A program made the position numbers and the translations under genes. A DNA stretch of 64,000 nucleotides from a virus (taxonomy: Duplodnaviria; Caudoviricetes), in IMG/VR virus record IMGVR_UViG_3300027212_000006, positions 1-64,000 of that record; one strand, given 5' to 3'. The notes under the pieces were generated by a model, which worked only from the letters and a program-made list of their open reading frames with translations, ran no database searches and was not told the origin of the DNA. Shown here one piece after another: positions 19,833 through 28,543 of the stretch (position 1 is its first letter; the number at the start of each line of letters is the position of its first letter).

Positions 19833-20101
19833 TATAATTTAACTCCTTTTTTTGCTAAAGCTGCAGATATTTCAGGAGATGTTTTCATCAAGCCCTGTAA
19901 TGATGATAATGAAGCGTTAACTTTTTGTAAATACTCTAAAGCATTTTGATTTTTTACATCATCAGAAACATTACTTTTTGATATTCTGTAAAGTTCTGCA
20001 GTAACATCTTCGATAGTAAAGTTTGGAGTGTTTTTTGTGATAGCAGCAATCAAATTAGTTGATTGTTGATTGTTTTGGGAAACTTTTATAAACTTGCTCA
20101 T
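19832..20101 (-). CDS. Hypothetical protein (MSKFIKVSQ)
   Basis: 89-aa ORF in the same operon. Confidence 0.7.
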   Translation of the reverse strand: MSKFIKVSQNNQQSTNLIAAITKNTPNFTIEDVTAELYRISKSNVSDDVKNQNALEYLQKVNASLSSLQGLMKTSPEISAALAKKGVKL

Positions 20102-20110
20102 TTTTTCACC

Positions 20111-21322
20111 CTAATATAATGTATTTACTTCTTTATTTAGATTTGGTTTTGGTAATAGTTTAGTCAAATACTTTCTGTACAAATCTGTATCTTTATCTAA
20201 TTCTGGTTGTATCAAATTCATCAATTCTCCCACTTGGGTCAAAAGTGGCTTAACTTGTAATTGAATATTTGGGTCATCATAAATATGTTTTAATGTTGGT
20301 AAATTAAACATAAATTCTTCTCTCTTCAATCCATTTTCATCAACAAAGTTTATTCTTGTGTTTAATACTTGAGATAACTGTCTACCGTAATCTTTTAATT
20401 GAAGCTTTTGTTTATATTCCATAGGGTTTTGTGGTGGAACTCTCATTCTTTCTTCAATTGTTTTAGGCATTTGAACAATCACTTTCCAGTTTGTATCTAA
20501 TGCAGCTTTTTGTGTTCCACCAATAGCATTTTTTCTGAGCATTGAAGTCATTGCTTTATCGGTCATGGAAGCTTCTAAATTAGAAAATATTTTTACATGA
20601 ACATCTTCAGATTCTTTTGGTGAGAGTGTATCTTGAGATAAAAGATTACCAATTTCTTGAATTAATCCACCCGGCCCATTTAATTTTACAAAAATATCTC
20701 CTAATGTGGTTCCTAAAGTTCCACCTGGGGAGCCTGATGGAAATAATAGATCCCGGCCATTAGGGGTTTTATTAACAGTAAAAAATGTGCCAGGAGAATT
20801 TTTAACACCTTCATATGGACCAGTAGGCATTGAATTCATTGTTCCTAACAAAAGGGATTCTTGACCTAAGAACGGATATTTTTTCTTTACATCATCATTA
20901 GATAAATTATTAAATAATTCTACTATTTGATTTTGTTTAGCATAATTAGGGAATGTAATTGTTATAGTTTCAACACCCTTTGCAGGATCAGATGGATCTT
21001 TGAAGGGCTGTAAATCAACTTGAGCATTACCAGATAATGTTTTTAGGGAATCAATCCACCAGTTTAATACCATGGCAGATTCTGTGGAATCTCTTGCGCT
21101 GGAAGATGATGATAGATAATTGGTTAAATCTGATTTACTAGAAAATTGACTTTCATTTGCCATTCCTCTTGTTTGTAACTGCAAGCCTCTACCCATTGAG
21201 CGTAGAGTATCCAAAATGCCTGCAGTTTTAAAAAGATTGCTTTGGGCTAAATGTTCAATAACTTCTTCATCATTAAAAGCTATAGCAGTATCAATAACTG
21301 ATTTTAAATGCTCGTTATTCAA
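20111..21322 (-). CDS. Hypothetical protein (FKTAG motif)
   Basis: Start better placed at TTG 21322 (GGAG SD, no overlap with clpX) than at the track start 21385. Confidence 0.7.
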   Translation of the reverse strand: MNNEHLKSVIDTAIAFNDEEVIEHLAQSNLFKTAGILDTLRSMGRGLQLQTRGMANESQFSSKSDLTNYLSSSSSARDSTESAMVLNWWIDSLKTLSGNAQVDLQPFKDPSDPAKGVETITITFPNYAKQNQIVELFNNLSNDDVKKKYPFLGQESLLLGTMNSMPTGPYEGVKNSPGTFFTVNKTPNGRDLLFPSGSPGGTLGTTLGDIFVKLNGPGGLIQEIGNLLSQDTLSPKESEDVHVKIFSNLEASMTDKAMTSMLRKNAIGGTQKAALDTNWKVIVQMPKTIEERMRVPPQNPMEYKQKLQLKDYGRQLSQVLNTRINFVDENGLKREEFMFNLPTLKHIYDDPNIQLQVKPLLTQVGELMNLIQPELDKDTDLYRKYLTKLLPKPNLNKEVNTLY

Positions 21323-21353
21323 TTCTCTCTCCAGATTCGTAACTAGTGTAATT

Positions 21354-22748
21354 TTACAAATCTGAACTACAAGTTCCTTTATCAAGCAAATATTTTGACG
21401 GAGAATCTAGACAACAAGAATCAATAACCACCTTATCATCAGACTCATTAAAATTACCTAATAAATCAAATGCTGCCTGAGATACTGCTTTTTTCACCAT
21501 AGAGCCCAAAGCTCTTGTTCCAGTACCCATCTTCATAACTCTTTTGATTGTCTCGTCCACAAACTCATCAGTGAAAATTAATTCATAGCCTGATTCAGAA
21601 AAAAGTAAAGCTTGGTTAAGAATTGGTGAGCTTTGTAAATCTAACAAACAAGTTTTTAATTCTTCATACTTTAATGGAGACAAAGCAACGATAGTTTGTA
21701 TTCTTCCTACCAACTCTGTGCTCAATCCATATTCAATTAAAGATTCCACCATTATTTCATGGGAAGCTTGTTGATATATTTCAAAAGATTTAATTTGTTC
21801 TTCAAAAACCTCTCCATCATCTTTCTTTAGAGAGACCTTTGGACCTTTATAGCCTAATTTTTTACCAACAATTTCATGTAATCCATTAAAAGCACCGCCA
21901 AAACAAAATAGAATTTTGTTTGTGTCAACGGTGTATGGTGGACCTTCTCTGCCTGTTAAAGACTGAGGAAGCTTTACTGATTTGCCTTCAATCAGTTTAA
22001 GCATTGAACTTTGAGTAGCTGTGTGTAAAGCTTCAGTTCTAGTTCCTTGTGAATGATATGATGCGAGCTTATCAATTTCATCTATAAAAACTACGCCTTG
22101 CTCAATTAAATCAATATCACCGCCAGACTTAGTAAATAGATCATGAATAACTGCGTCAACATCAGCACCTTGGAATCCAGTAGGTGAATAACCAGTAGCA
22201 TCACCGGCAGCAAAAGGAACATTTAATTGTTTTGCAACAGAATTAATGATTAAGGTTTTGCCACTTCCAGAAGGTCCCAAAAGAAGAATATTATATTTTT
22301 CAGTTGATTTTTCTAATTTAATATTCCTAAGGTGCTCAAAAACGGTAATTGAAATACGTCTTTTAGCTTCTTCTTGGCCTACAACAGTTTTAGAAAGATT
22401 ATTGAAAAAGTCTCGTGGTGTTAGTCTTTTACTTTGAGCGCTTTCTGCTGGGGAAACTCTTTGAAATTGAAGTTTAGCTCCAGGAACCATTTCAAAGAGC
22501 TTTTCTCTTAGTTCTTCTCCTGTAACTTCATCATCCAAATTGAGAATGAACGATAGCAGGATATTACTTAGCTGAAATTGACCTAGAATATTACCAACAT
22601 GAAATATTCTATAATGTTCGTCGCACAAGACTATTTTTTTGAGTGGCAAATCAAGAACATTTACATCATCTTTGATTTCTTTAAAACCTTTTTTGCCACA
22701 CAGAAAACACTTATTGTCCTGCTGAATTAATACACCATTCTTAATCAT
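21354..22748 (-). CDS. clpX: ClpX-like AAA+ unfoldase
   Basis: VVGQEEAKR, NILLLGPSGSGKT (Walker A), VFIDEIDKL (Walker B), ILFCFGGAF, ELVGRI, GTRAL; N-terminal CxxC...CxxH. Confidence 0.88.
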   Translation of the reverse strand: MIKNGVLIQQDNKCFLCGKKGFKEIKDDVNVLDLPLKKIVLCDEHYRIFHVGNILGQFQLSNILLSFILNLDDEVTGEELREKLFEMVPGAKLQFQRVSPAESAQSKRLTPRDFFNNLSKTVVGQEEAKRRISITVFEHLRNIKLEKSTEKYNILLLGPSGSGKTLIINSVAKQLNVPFAAGDATGYSPTGFQGADVDAVIHDLFTKSGGDIDLIEQGVVFIDEIDKLASYHSQGTRTEALHTATQSSMLKLIEGKSVKLPQSLTGREGPPYTVDTNKILFCFGGAFNGLHEIVGKKLGYKGPKVSLKKDDGEVFEEQIKSFEIYQQASHEIMVESLIEYGLSTELVGRIQTIVALSPLKYEELKTCLLDLQSSPILNQALLFSESGYELIFTDEFVDETIKRVMKMGTGTRALGSMVKKAVSQAAFDLLGNFNESDDKVVIDSCCLDSPSKYLLDKGTCSSDL

Positions 22749-22770
22749 AAAATAGGTTGTCCTTAAGAGG

Positions 22771-22778
22771 ATTATACA
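22771..22778 (-). promoter_or_regulatory. Putative -10 box TGTATAAT for clpX
   Basis: 22 nt upstream of the ATG, followed by an AAGGA SD. Confidence 0.6.
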
Positions 22779-22779
22779 C

Positions 22780-23673
22780 CTAACTTATGGCTTTTTTAAT
22801 CAAAGAAGGAATGTCTCCAGGATACCAATTGCCGCCTCTTTTATCCATTGAAATAGTGTGAATTTTATCGAATTCAAACTTTCTTTCAGTGCCTTTTATA
22901 ATCATAGCTATCATTTGTTGCATAGAGGGTAGGGTTTCAGGTCTTGTTTTATTTGCAGTCCTAAAATCTCTGAGTAATTTCTGCTTACCCTTAATCATTG
23001 GAACATCTTTCTTACTAATAATTTCATCAGCTAAAGCTTGTTTAAAAAAACTTTCGTCAAATATTGCTCTTAATATATCAATATTAAATCCAATTTGATG
23101 TGATTCTTTTGTTGTTAATAATGGATCATAATCGATCATTTTAGGATCTTTAAGTAATTGTTCAAGTTTAGGAATGATGGCAACTCTTCTAACTTGATTA
23201 GCGCCTTTACCAGAACCTGACTCTGATGAATAAGTTAATTCGACAGTGGCAGATCTTGGTCTTGGAGTGTGTGATAATGTTGCTTTTTGGAAGAATTGCC
23301 TTGCTCTTGCTTCATTTGCTTGTACTTGCTCTGGAGTTAAAAATGCAAACTTGGCTAATTTATTACTAGAAATAAAATAATATAATCCTAATTTGTTAGG
23401 AATAATTAAAGTTTTCATACCAAACTTCATTTCAAAAGGTTTTTTATCAGTATCTGGTCTTGCCATATAACCTTCAATCATGTCAGGTAAGGGAGATCCA
23501 ATTGATCTTAAATAAGCAATATCTTCTGGATTGCCTAAATCAATTCTATATCTATCATGAGCAAACGATTGCTGAAAATCTTTTGGTGCCTCTTCTTCAA
23601 GAATTTCACCAGTTTCTTCGTCAATTTTCATTTGCGCAAATCTGAAACTATTTAAATTAAAACTTTTACCCAT
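22780..23673 (-). CDS. Hypothetical protein (SFNLNSFRFAQ motif)
   Basis: Second ATG (23673) has a GGAG SD; track start is 23685. Confidence 0.7.
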   Translation of the reverse strand: MGKSFNLNSFRFAQMKIDEETGEILEEEAPKDFQQSFAHDRYRIDLGNPEDIAYLRSIGSPLPDMIEGYMARPDTDKKPFEMKFGMKTLIIPNKLGLYYFISSNKLAKFAFLTPEQVQANEARARQFFQKATLSHTPRPRSATVELTYSSESGSGKGANQVRRVAIIPKLEQLLKDPKMIDYDPLLTTKESHQIGFNIDILRAIFDESFFKQALADEIISKKDVPMIKGKQKLLRDFRTANKTRPETLPSMQQMIAMIIKGTERKFEFDKIHTISMDKRGGNWYPGDIPSLIKKAIS

Positions 23674-23785
23674 AATATTCTCCATTACATTTAATATTTA
23701 TTATAGGTAAGAATTGGTCCTTTATAGGAGGATTAAGCATGTAGATCAAAGTAAATAATATGTAGTTTTAGTTGTGAGGTAAAAT

Positions 23786-24016
23786 ATGGCACTACAAGAT
23801 AACACTCTAAACAGGGGGCTTGGGCAATGGGTAATTACCACCTATAATCCAGGTAAGTGTATTGGACCTATTGAAGGATATTTAACTGTGGGTAAGGACT
23901 TTCATATTATTTATAAGGATGAAAGAAACACAATCTGTCTATTCAATGTTCCATCTCAAAATGTAGCGTTTGCATTGAATCAAAAGTTTGTATCAATTGA
24001 CGTAATCGGTAAATAA
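23786..24016 (+). CDS. Small hypothetical protein
   Basis: 76 aa, GAGG SD. Confidence 0.65.
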   Translation: MALQDNTLNRGLGQWVITTYNPGKCIGPIEGYLTVGKDFHIIYKDERNTICLFNVPSQNVAFALNQKFVSIDVIGK

Positions 24017-24018
24017 TT

Positions 24019-24315
24019 ATGTGGTATAGGTTAAGCAAAAACAACGGATACGATAAAACAAATCCATCTTATGAAAGTAAGATGATTGCTTACCTTGCCA
24101 CAGAAGAATTAAGGGACTTATCGGCAAAACAACTAAATTACAATCCTTCAGCAAGAGAATTAGAAAGTAAGGTGAGGAGACTTTTTAAAGAACTCGAAGA
24201 AAAGTATGGGAATATTGCCAACGTAAGACTTCAAACAAAAGGGGAACATCTTGGACCGTTTATTAAAAAAATGGTTCATGATTTATTTAGCAAAAAGAAT
24301 GCTAGAAAAAATTGA
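24019..24315 (+). CDS. Hypothetical protein (MWYRLSK)
   Basis: 98 aa, starts 2 nt after the upstream stop. Confidence 0.7.
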   Translation: MWYRLSKNNGYDKTNPSYESKMIAYLATEELRDLSAKQLNYNPSARELESKVRRLFKELEEKYGNIANVRLQTKGEHLGPFIKKMVHDLFSKKNARKN

Positions 24316-24955
24316 GCTTTTATTACAACAAAAACTTCATAATCATTCTAATAGCAATTTCCTCAATCTAGAAATCCTTTTAAGCCTTCATTCATTTTTG
24401 AAAGGCTATGAAAATATACCAAATATATATTTCACAAGACAATCTACCTCAGAAGATTTTGTCAATAAATTATTTTTTGTTTCAGAAAATGATTTAATTT
24501 TAAAAAATAAATTAAATATAAAGAAATTAAACATTAATCCTTTCGATTTAAAAATCATTCCTATAAATAAAAGAAAACAACTCCTAAGCTTAATTGAAGA
24601 CACTATTAGCTTCAGTTACGGCGAAGGAGTTGTTTACTATGACTTGACAAGAGTTACAGCATTTAAAAATGACAATATTATTAATTTTATGTCAGAGAAT
24701 AATATTGTTATAGAAAGCAATTTACAAAAAGTATTATTCGAAAGAGAATCAAAAAAGAAAATATTTGTTGATAAATATTCTAAATACGAAAAAAGCTCTA
24801 AAAACTTTTCGTGGCAGAGCATTACTGAATTAGCATTACTTGAAAAATTAAATCATTTGTGGCAAGGCTTCTGGGGAACAAGTGAAGTTTATAAATTGTT
24901 TTCTGAAGATGAAAAGCTAATTCACTCTCTGATAATTAAAAAAGAACTAACATGA
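24299..24955 (+). CDS. Hypothetical protein
   Basis: Very AT-rich, K/N/I/L-rich ORF; ATG 24299 minimises overlap (track start 24251). Confidence 0.6.
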   Translation: MLEKIELLLQQKLHNHSNSNFLNLEILLSLHSFLKGYENIPNIYFTRQSTSEDFVNKLFFVSENDLILKNKLNIKKLNINPFDLKIIPINKRKQLLSLIEDTISFSYGEGVVYYDLTRVTAFKNDNIINFMSENNIVIESNLQKVLFERESKKKIFVDKYSKYEKSSKNFSWQSITELALLEKLNHLWQGFWGTSEVYKLFSEDEKLIHSLIIKKELT

Positions 24956-25530
24956 TCCAATCCTACTTAACATTTATTAGGAAAACTTTGTCTGAAAAAT
25001 CTGAATATAATCTTTTGGGTTTAAATGAAATTGAAAACCTTAGCGTACTTTGCGACTTTAATTTAACTTCAGGGCAACCAATTGTATGTTGCATCTCAAA
25101 TAAAAAAATTATTAGTTTATATAAAGTAAGTTCATCAGGTGAAATTAATCAAATATTTGGAATAACTGATCACTTGATGGATATAGAAACAATTAAAGAT
25201 TTATCATCTAAATATGTAAAGAATTATAATGCTATCAAACATTTTATGATATATGGATTTAAATGTATGAGTCCTGATGAAATTATAGAAAATTACAAAA
25301 AATTATTAATATTAGAAGATAAATGTATTTCTAATTTAATTTCTTCAGAAGTAAACTGGCATACAATAAAGAGAAACTTATCAAAAGAAGTTAGAAGATC
25401 AGATTTGAATATCCATCTAAAATCAAGAATATTATCTTCTTTTAACAAGCTTATGCAATTAAATAAAAACTATCTAAATAAAAAAATTGATATAGATTTA
25501 GATGGTTATGAAATAAAAATTATTGCCTAA
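24952..25530 (+). CDS. Hypothetical protein
   Basis: ATGA-coupled 192-aa ORF. Confidence 0.6.
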   Translation: MIQSYLTFIRKTLSEKSEYNLLGLNEIENLSVLCDFNLTSGQPIVCCISNKKIISLYKVSSSGEINQIFGITDHLMDIETIKDLSSKYVKNYNAIKHFMIYGFKCMSPDEIIENYKKLLILEDKCISNLISSEVNWHTIKRNLSKEVRRSDLNIHLKSRILSSFNKLMQLNKNYLNKKIDIDLDGYEIKIIA

Positions 25531-25967
25531 GTTCCGTATGCCTGTTGATTAGCTTGGTTAAATATTTGCATATTTGCCCTACACTGCTCACAATGATTTT
25601 CACCATTGCCTAATCTCCAAACTTGTCTTCCACCAGGCAATGTAATTATCTCACAGTGACAAAACTCGTGTACTGGTGGAGCAATAAATCCTGGGGGCAA
25701 GTTGATTGGTAATGGTGTCTTGTTTTCAACTCCAACAGGCGTATTGACAACCGGATCAATTTGAACTGGAACAGGAGTAAGAACTGGCTCCTGATTTTCG
25801 GGTTCTTCTAAATTAGGCTCATCTAAATTGGGTTCGTCTAAATTAGGTTGTTGATTTACTTCAGCATTTTCATCCTCATCATCAGCAAAAAATCTTGTTC
25901 TAGATTTTTTATTGCCCTTGTTGAGAGTGCCAAATAAATTATATTGTAATGCTGTTTTGTACCACAT
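25527..25967 (-). CDS. Hypothetical protein with MuF/SPP1 gp7-like PPxHxxCxC motif
   Basis: Likely start MWYKTAL at 25967; PNL[DE]E x3; PPVHEFCHC...W...HCEQC. Confidence 0.6.
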   Translation of the reverse strand: MWYKTALQYNLFGTLNKGNKKSRTRFFADDEDENAEVNQQPNLDEPNLDEPNLEEPENQEPVLTPVPVQIDPVVNTPVGVENKTPLPINLPPGFIAPPVHEFCHCEIITLPGGRQVWRLGNGENHCEQCRANMQIFNQANQQAYGT

Positions 25968-26003
25968 GGTTATTTTATTGAAAAATCTTCTTTTGTTTAC
26001 CTT

Positions 26004-26009
26004 TATAAT
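26004..26009 (+). promoter_or_regulatory. -10 box positioned for a leaderless transcript
   Basis: TATAAT-ATACAT-ATG(26016); no SD. Confidence 0.55.
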
Positions 26010-26015
26010 ATACAT

Positions 26016-27026
26016 ATGAGTGATGTTTTTGATCCCAAGAAAATAATTGATTTTTCTAAAGATTATTATGCAATTTTAAATCTAAGCAAAAATGATTTAC
26101 CTTTTGGTAGTGATCGTAAAAGTAAAATTGAATTGACAAATAAACTAGATCAATCTTTTAGAAAAATGGCTAGAGTTTGTCATCCTGATTTTGGAGGGTC
26201 AAAAGAAGCTTTTCTAGATATTGTTCGTGCCAGAAGAATCATCGAAGATCCTATTTTAAGAAATATTTATGATCAAGGTGAGTTTACACAAGTTATCCAA
26301 AACACTGAAAGTAATTCGGGTTTTGAAGTTGACTGGACTAAAATTGGAACATATAGGAAAGGCACTACTGAAGATACAGTTGGATATTCACTATTCTTAA
26401 GTTTATGCGAAAGAAAAGCTGAACTTGATTTGATTCCAGCATTTATCCCTGACAACAACGAACATAATTACGAATGGGATTTTGTTCTCAATAATCATAA
26501 ACAAAATCAAAAAATTATCAAAGTTGTTATATCTATAGTTAATGATGAGTCAGAAGTGCTAAGACTTACATCTGGAAATGATGTTATAGAGGCATTGCCA
26601 TTTAAAATATATGTTTGTATTCCTAAAGTTGGGGTCAGATATATTAGAGACAATTCCAAAATAGTAAGTCCATTTGGAAACATTCTTAAAAATGGGGTTA
26701 TTAAAAGTGTTGAATATAATGACCACCATTTTCTTGAAACAACATCTTTGGATGAAGCTAAAGAATATTTAAAATCTGAACAATTTAAAATAGATTTAGA
26801 TGATTTTAGGCTCAATGGTTCTAATCAAACTCATACATCTAAAACTGAAAACACTTGGATGGATAAAGATCAAATGAAAAAGTTCGATGATGAACAATTG
26901 AAATTTATTTTAGGAATGAAAACATTTGTTACTGAAGCAGATGAATCAGCTGCTGACTTCCTTGAAAAGTTGGGTGAAAAGTCAAATAATTCTAAGGAAA
27001 ATGACAAACCAGAGTTGCCAGTTTAA
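26016..27026 (+). CDS. J-domain (class C DnaJ-like) protein
   Basis: DYYAILNL...FRKMARVCHPDFGGSKEAF...YD with intact HPD; unrelated ~240-aa C-terminal domain. Confidence 0.8.
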   Translation: MSDVFDPKKIIDFSKDYYAILNLSKNDLPFGSDRKSKIELTNKLDQSFRKMARVCHPDFGGSKEAFLDIVRARRIIEDPILRNIYDQGEFTQVIQNTESNSGFEVDWTKIGTYRKGTTEDTVGYSLFLSLCERKAELDLIPAFIPDNNEHNYEWDFVLNNHKQNQKIIKVVISIVNDESEVLRLTSGNDVIEALPFKIYVCIPKVGVRYIRDNSKIVSPFGNILKNGVIKSVEYNDHHFLETTSLDEAKEYLKSEQFKIDLDDFRLNGSNQTHTSKTENTWMDKDQMKKFDDEQLKFILGMKTFVTEADESAADFLEKLGEKSNNSKENDKPELPV

Positions 27027-27102
27027 CAGGTTCTATCAAGCTATTAAGAGAAAAATAAAGCGGATGCAATTTAGCATTCATCAAAAAAATGGAGGATCTA
27101 CC

Positions 27103-28476
27103 TTGGCAAAACATCTTTACATTATTGACACATGTGTCCTTTTGCACGATCCTTTTGCAATCTACAAATTCGCTGAGAATGACATCTACATTCCCCTTGC
27201 TGTGATTGATGATCTTGATGACATCAAAACCAGAAAAGACAATGTAGCGTGGAGTGCGAGAGAAGTCTTTAGACAATTAGAAAACTTTACTCTTCAAGAT
27301 TTATTGAAGGGTGTCAAGATTAATGAAAACAACGGGAGATTGTTTGTTTATAACACAGAGTCACCTTTACTTAAAAATGAAAGACCAAATATTGTTAAAG
27401 TCCACAGTGACAATGCAATAATTGAATGCTGCTTAGCATTAAAAGCTTCAAATCCAAGAAAAAAAGTATCTATTGTAACAAAAGACACTGGACTTAGAAT
27501 TAGAGCAATTACATGGGGTTGCGAAGCAGAAAACTATCGTTCTGATTTGATTCAAACAGATGGTTTTACTGGTCTTAGATATGTACCTGTAGTAAACCCT
27601 GAAGACTGGACGAAATTGTGGGCAGATTTTGAAGTTGAAATTTCTTCTTTATCAACTGATATTTCAAGTAAATTAAAAGATGCTTTTCCAAATGAATTTA
27701 TTATTTTTGAATATGGAGATAATAAATGTCCAACTTATCACAAAAGAGGTGTTTTACATGTCTTAAAGGATAAGTCAAATGGTAAAAATGATGTCAAACC
27801 TACCTTTATGGGTATTACTTCTAAAAACTTAGAGCAAAAGTGCGCTTTAACTGCATTATCAGATCCAGAATCACAATTGGTAACTTTATGTGGTCCTGCT
27901 GGTACTGGAAAGACACTTTTAACACTCGCAGTAGCTTTAGAACAGGTAAATCAAGGAATCTTTGACAAAATTATAGTCATGAAACCTCTCATTCCTGTGG
28001 GTGGTAAAGATATTGGTGCGCTTCCTGGTGATAAGTTCGAAAAAATCTCTGCTTGGCTTGGCCCTATGAGAGATAATATTGAACAATTATGTGGATCAAG
28101 AACTCTTTCTGGAAACAGTATGTTTGAAGAAATGGTTCGTGATGGAATTATTGAAGTTGAAGCTATGGCTTTTATTCAAGGTAGATCAATTCCTAAATCC
28201 ATTGTAATTATGGATGAATGCCAAAACATCACACCAAGAGAAGCAAGAATGGTTGTTGAACGTTGTGGTAAGAACTCTAAAATTGTTTTACTTGGAGATC
28301 TTTCACAGGTAGAGAATTCCTATCTTGATGCAAAGTCTAATGGGCTTTCACATGCAATTCAAGGCGGTAAGGGAAGTAATCTAGTTTCAGCAGTCACATT
28401 GAGCAAGGTTGAAAGATCAGAATTGGCTGCTATTGCAAGTCAAATCTTCAACAGACCAGAGGCTCAGAGAAGATAA
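27103..28476 (+). CDS. phoH: PIN-PhoH (PhoH2/YlaK-type) protein
   Basis: YIIDTCVLLHDP PIN start; GPAGTGKT; IGALPGD; FIQGRSI; DECQN; GDLSQ; VERSELA. TTG 27103 has a GGAGG SD (track start 26926). Confidence 0.9.
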   Translation: MAKHLYIIDTCVLLHDPFAIYKFAENDIYIPLAVIDDLDDIKTRKDNVAWSAREVFRQLENFTLQDLLKGVKINENNGRLFVYNTESPLLKNERPNIVKVHSDNAIIECCLALKASNPRKKVSIVTKDTGLRIRAITWGCEAENYRSDLIQTDGFTGLRYVPVVNPEDWTKLWADFEVEISSLSTDISSKLKDAFPNEFIIFEYGDNKCPTYHKRGVLHVLKDKSNGKNDVKPTFMGITSKNLEQKCALTALSDPESQLVTLCGPAGTGKTLLTLAVALEQVNQGIFDKIIVMKPLIPVGGKDIGALPGDKFEKISAWLGPMRDNIEQLCGSRTLSGNSMFEEMVRDGIIEVEAMAFIQGRSIPKSIVIMDECQNITPREARMVVERCGKNSKIVLLGDLSQVENSYLDAKSNGLSHAIQGGKGSNLVSAVTLSKVERSELAAIASQIFNRPEAQRR

Positions 28477-28543
28477 TACAATTCAGCGCAAAAAATAAAA
28501 AAGCTGAATGTATAAAAACTAATTATTCGGATAAAAATAAAAA

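Noticed and set aside
28477-28513. Hairpin ATTCAGC...GCTGAAT after phoH as an ncRNA
   Set aside because: Only a 7-bp core with an A-rich loop and no T tail; insufficient support.
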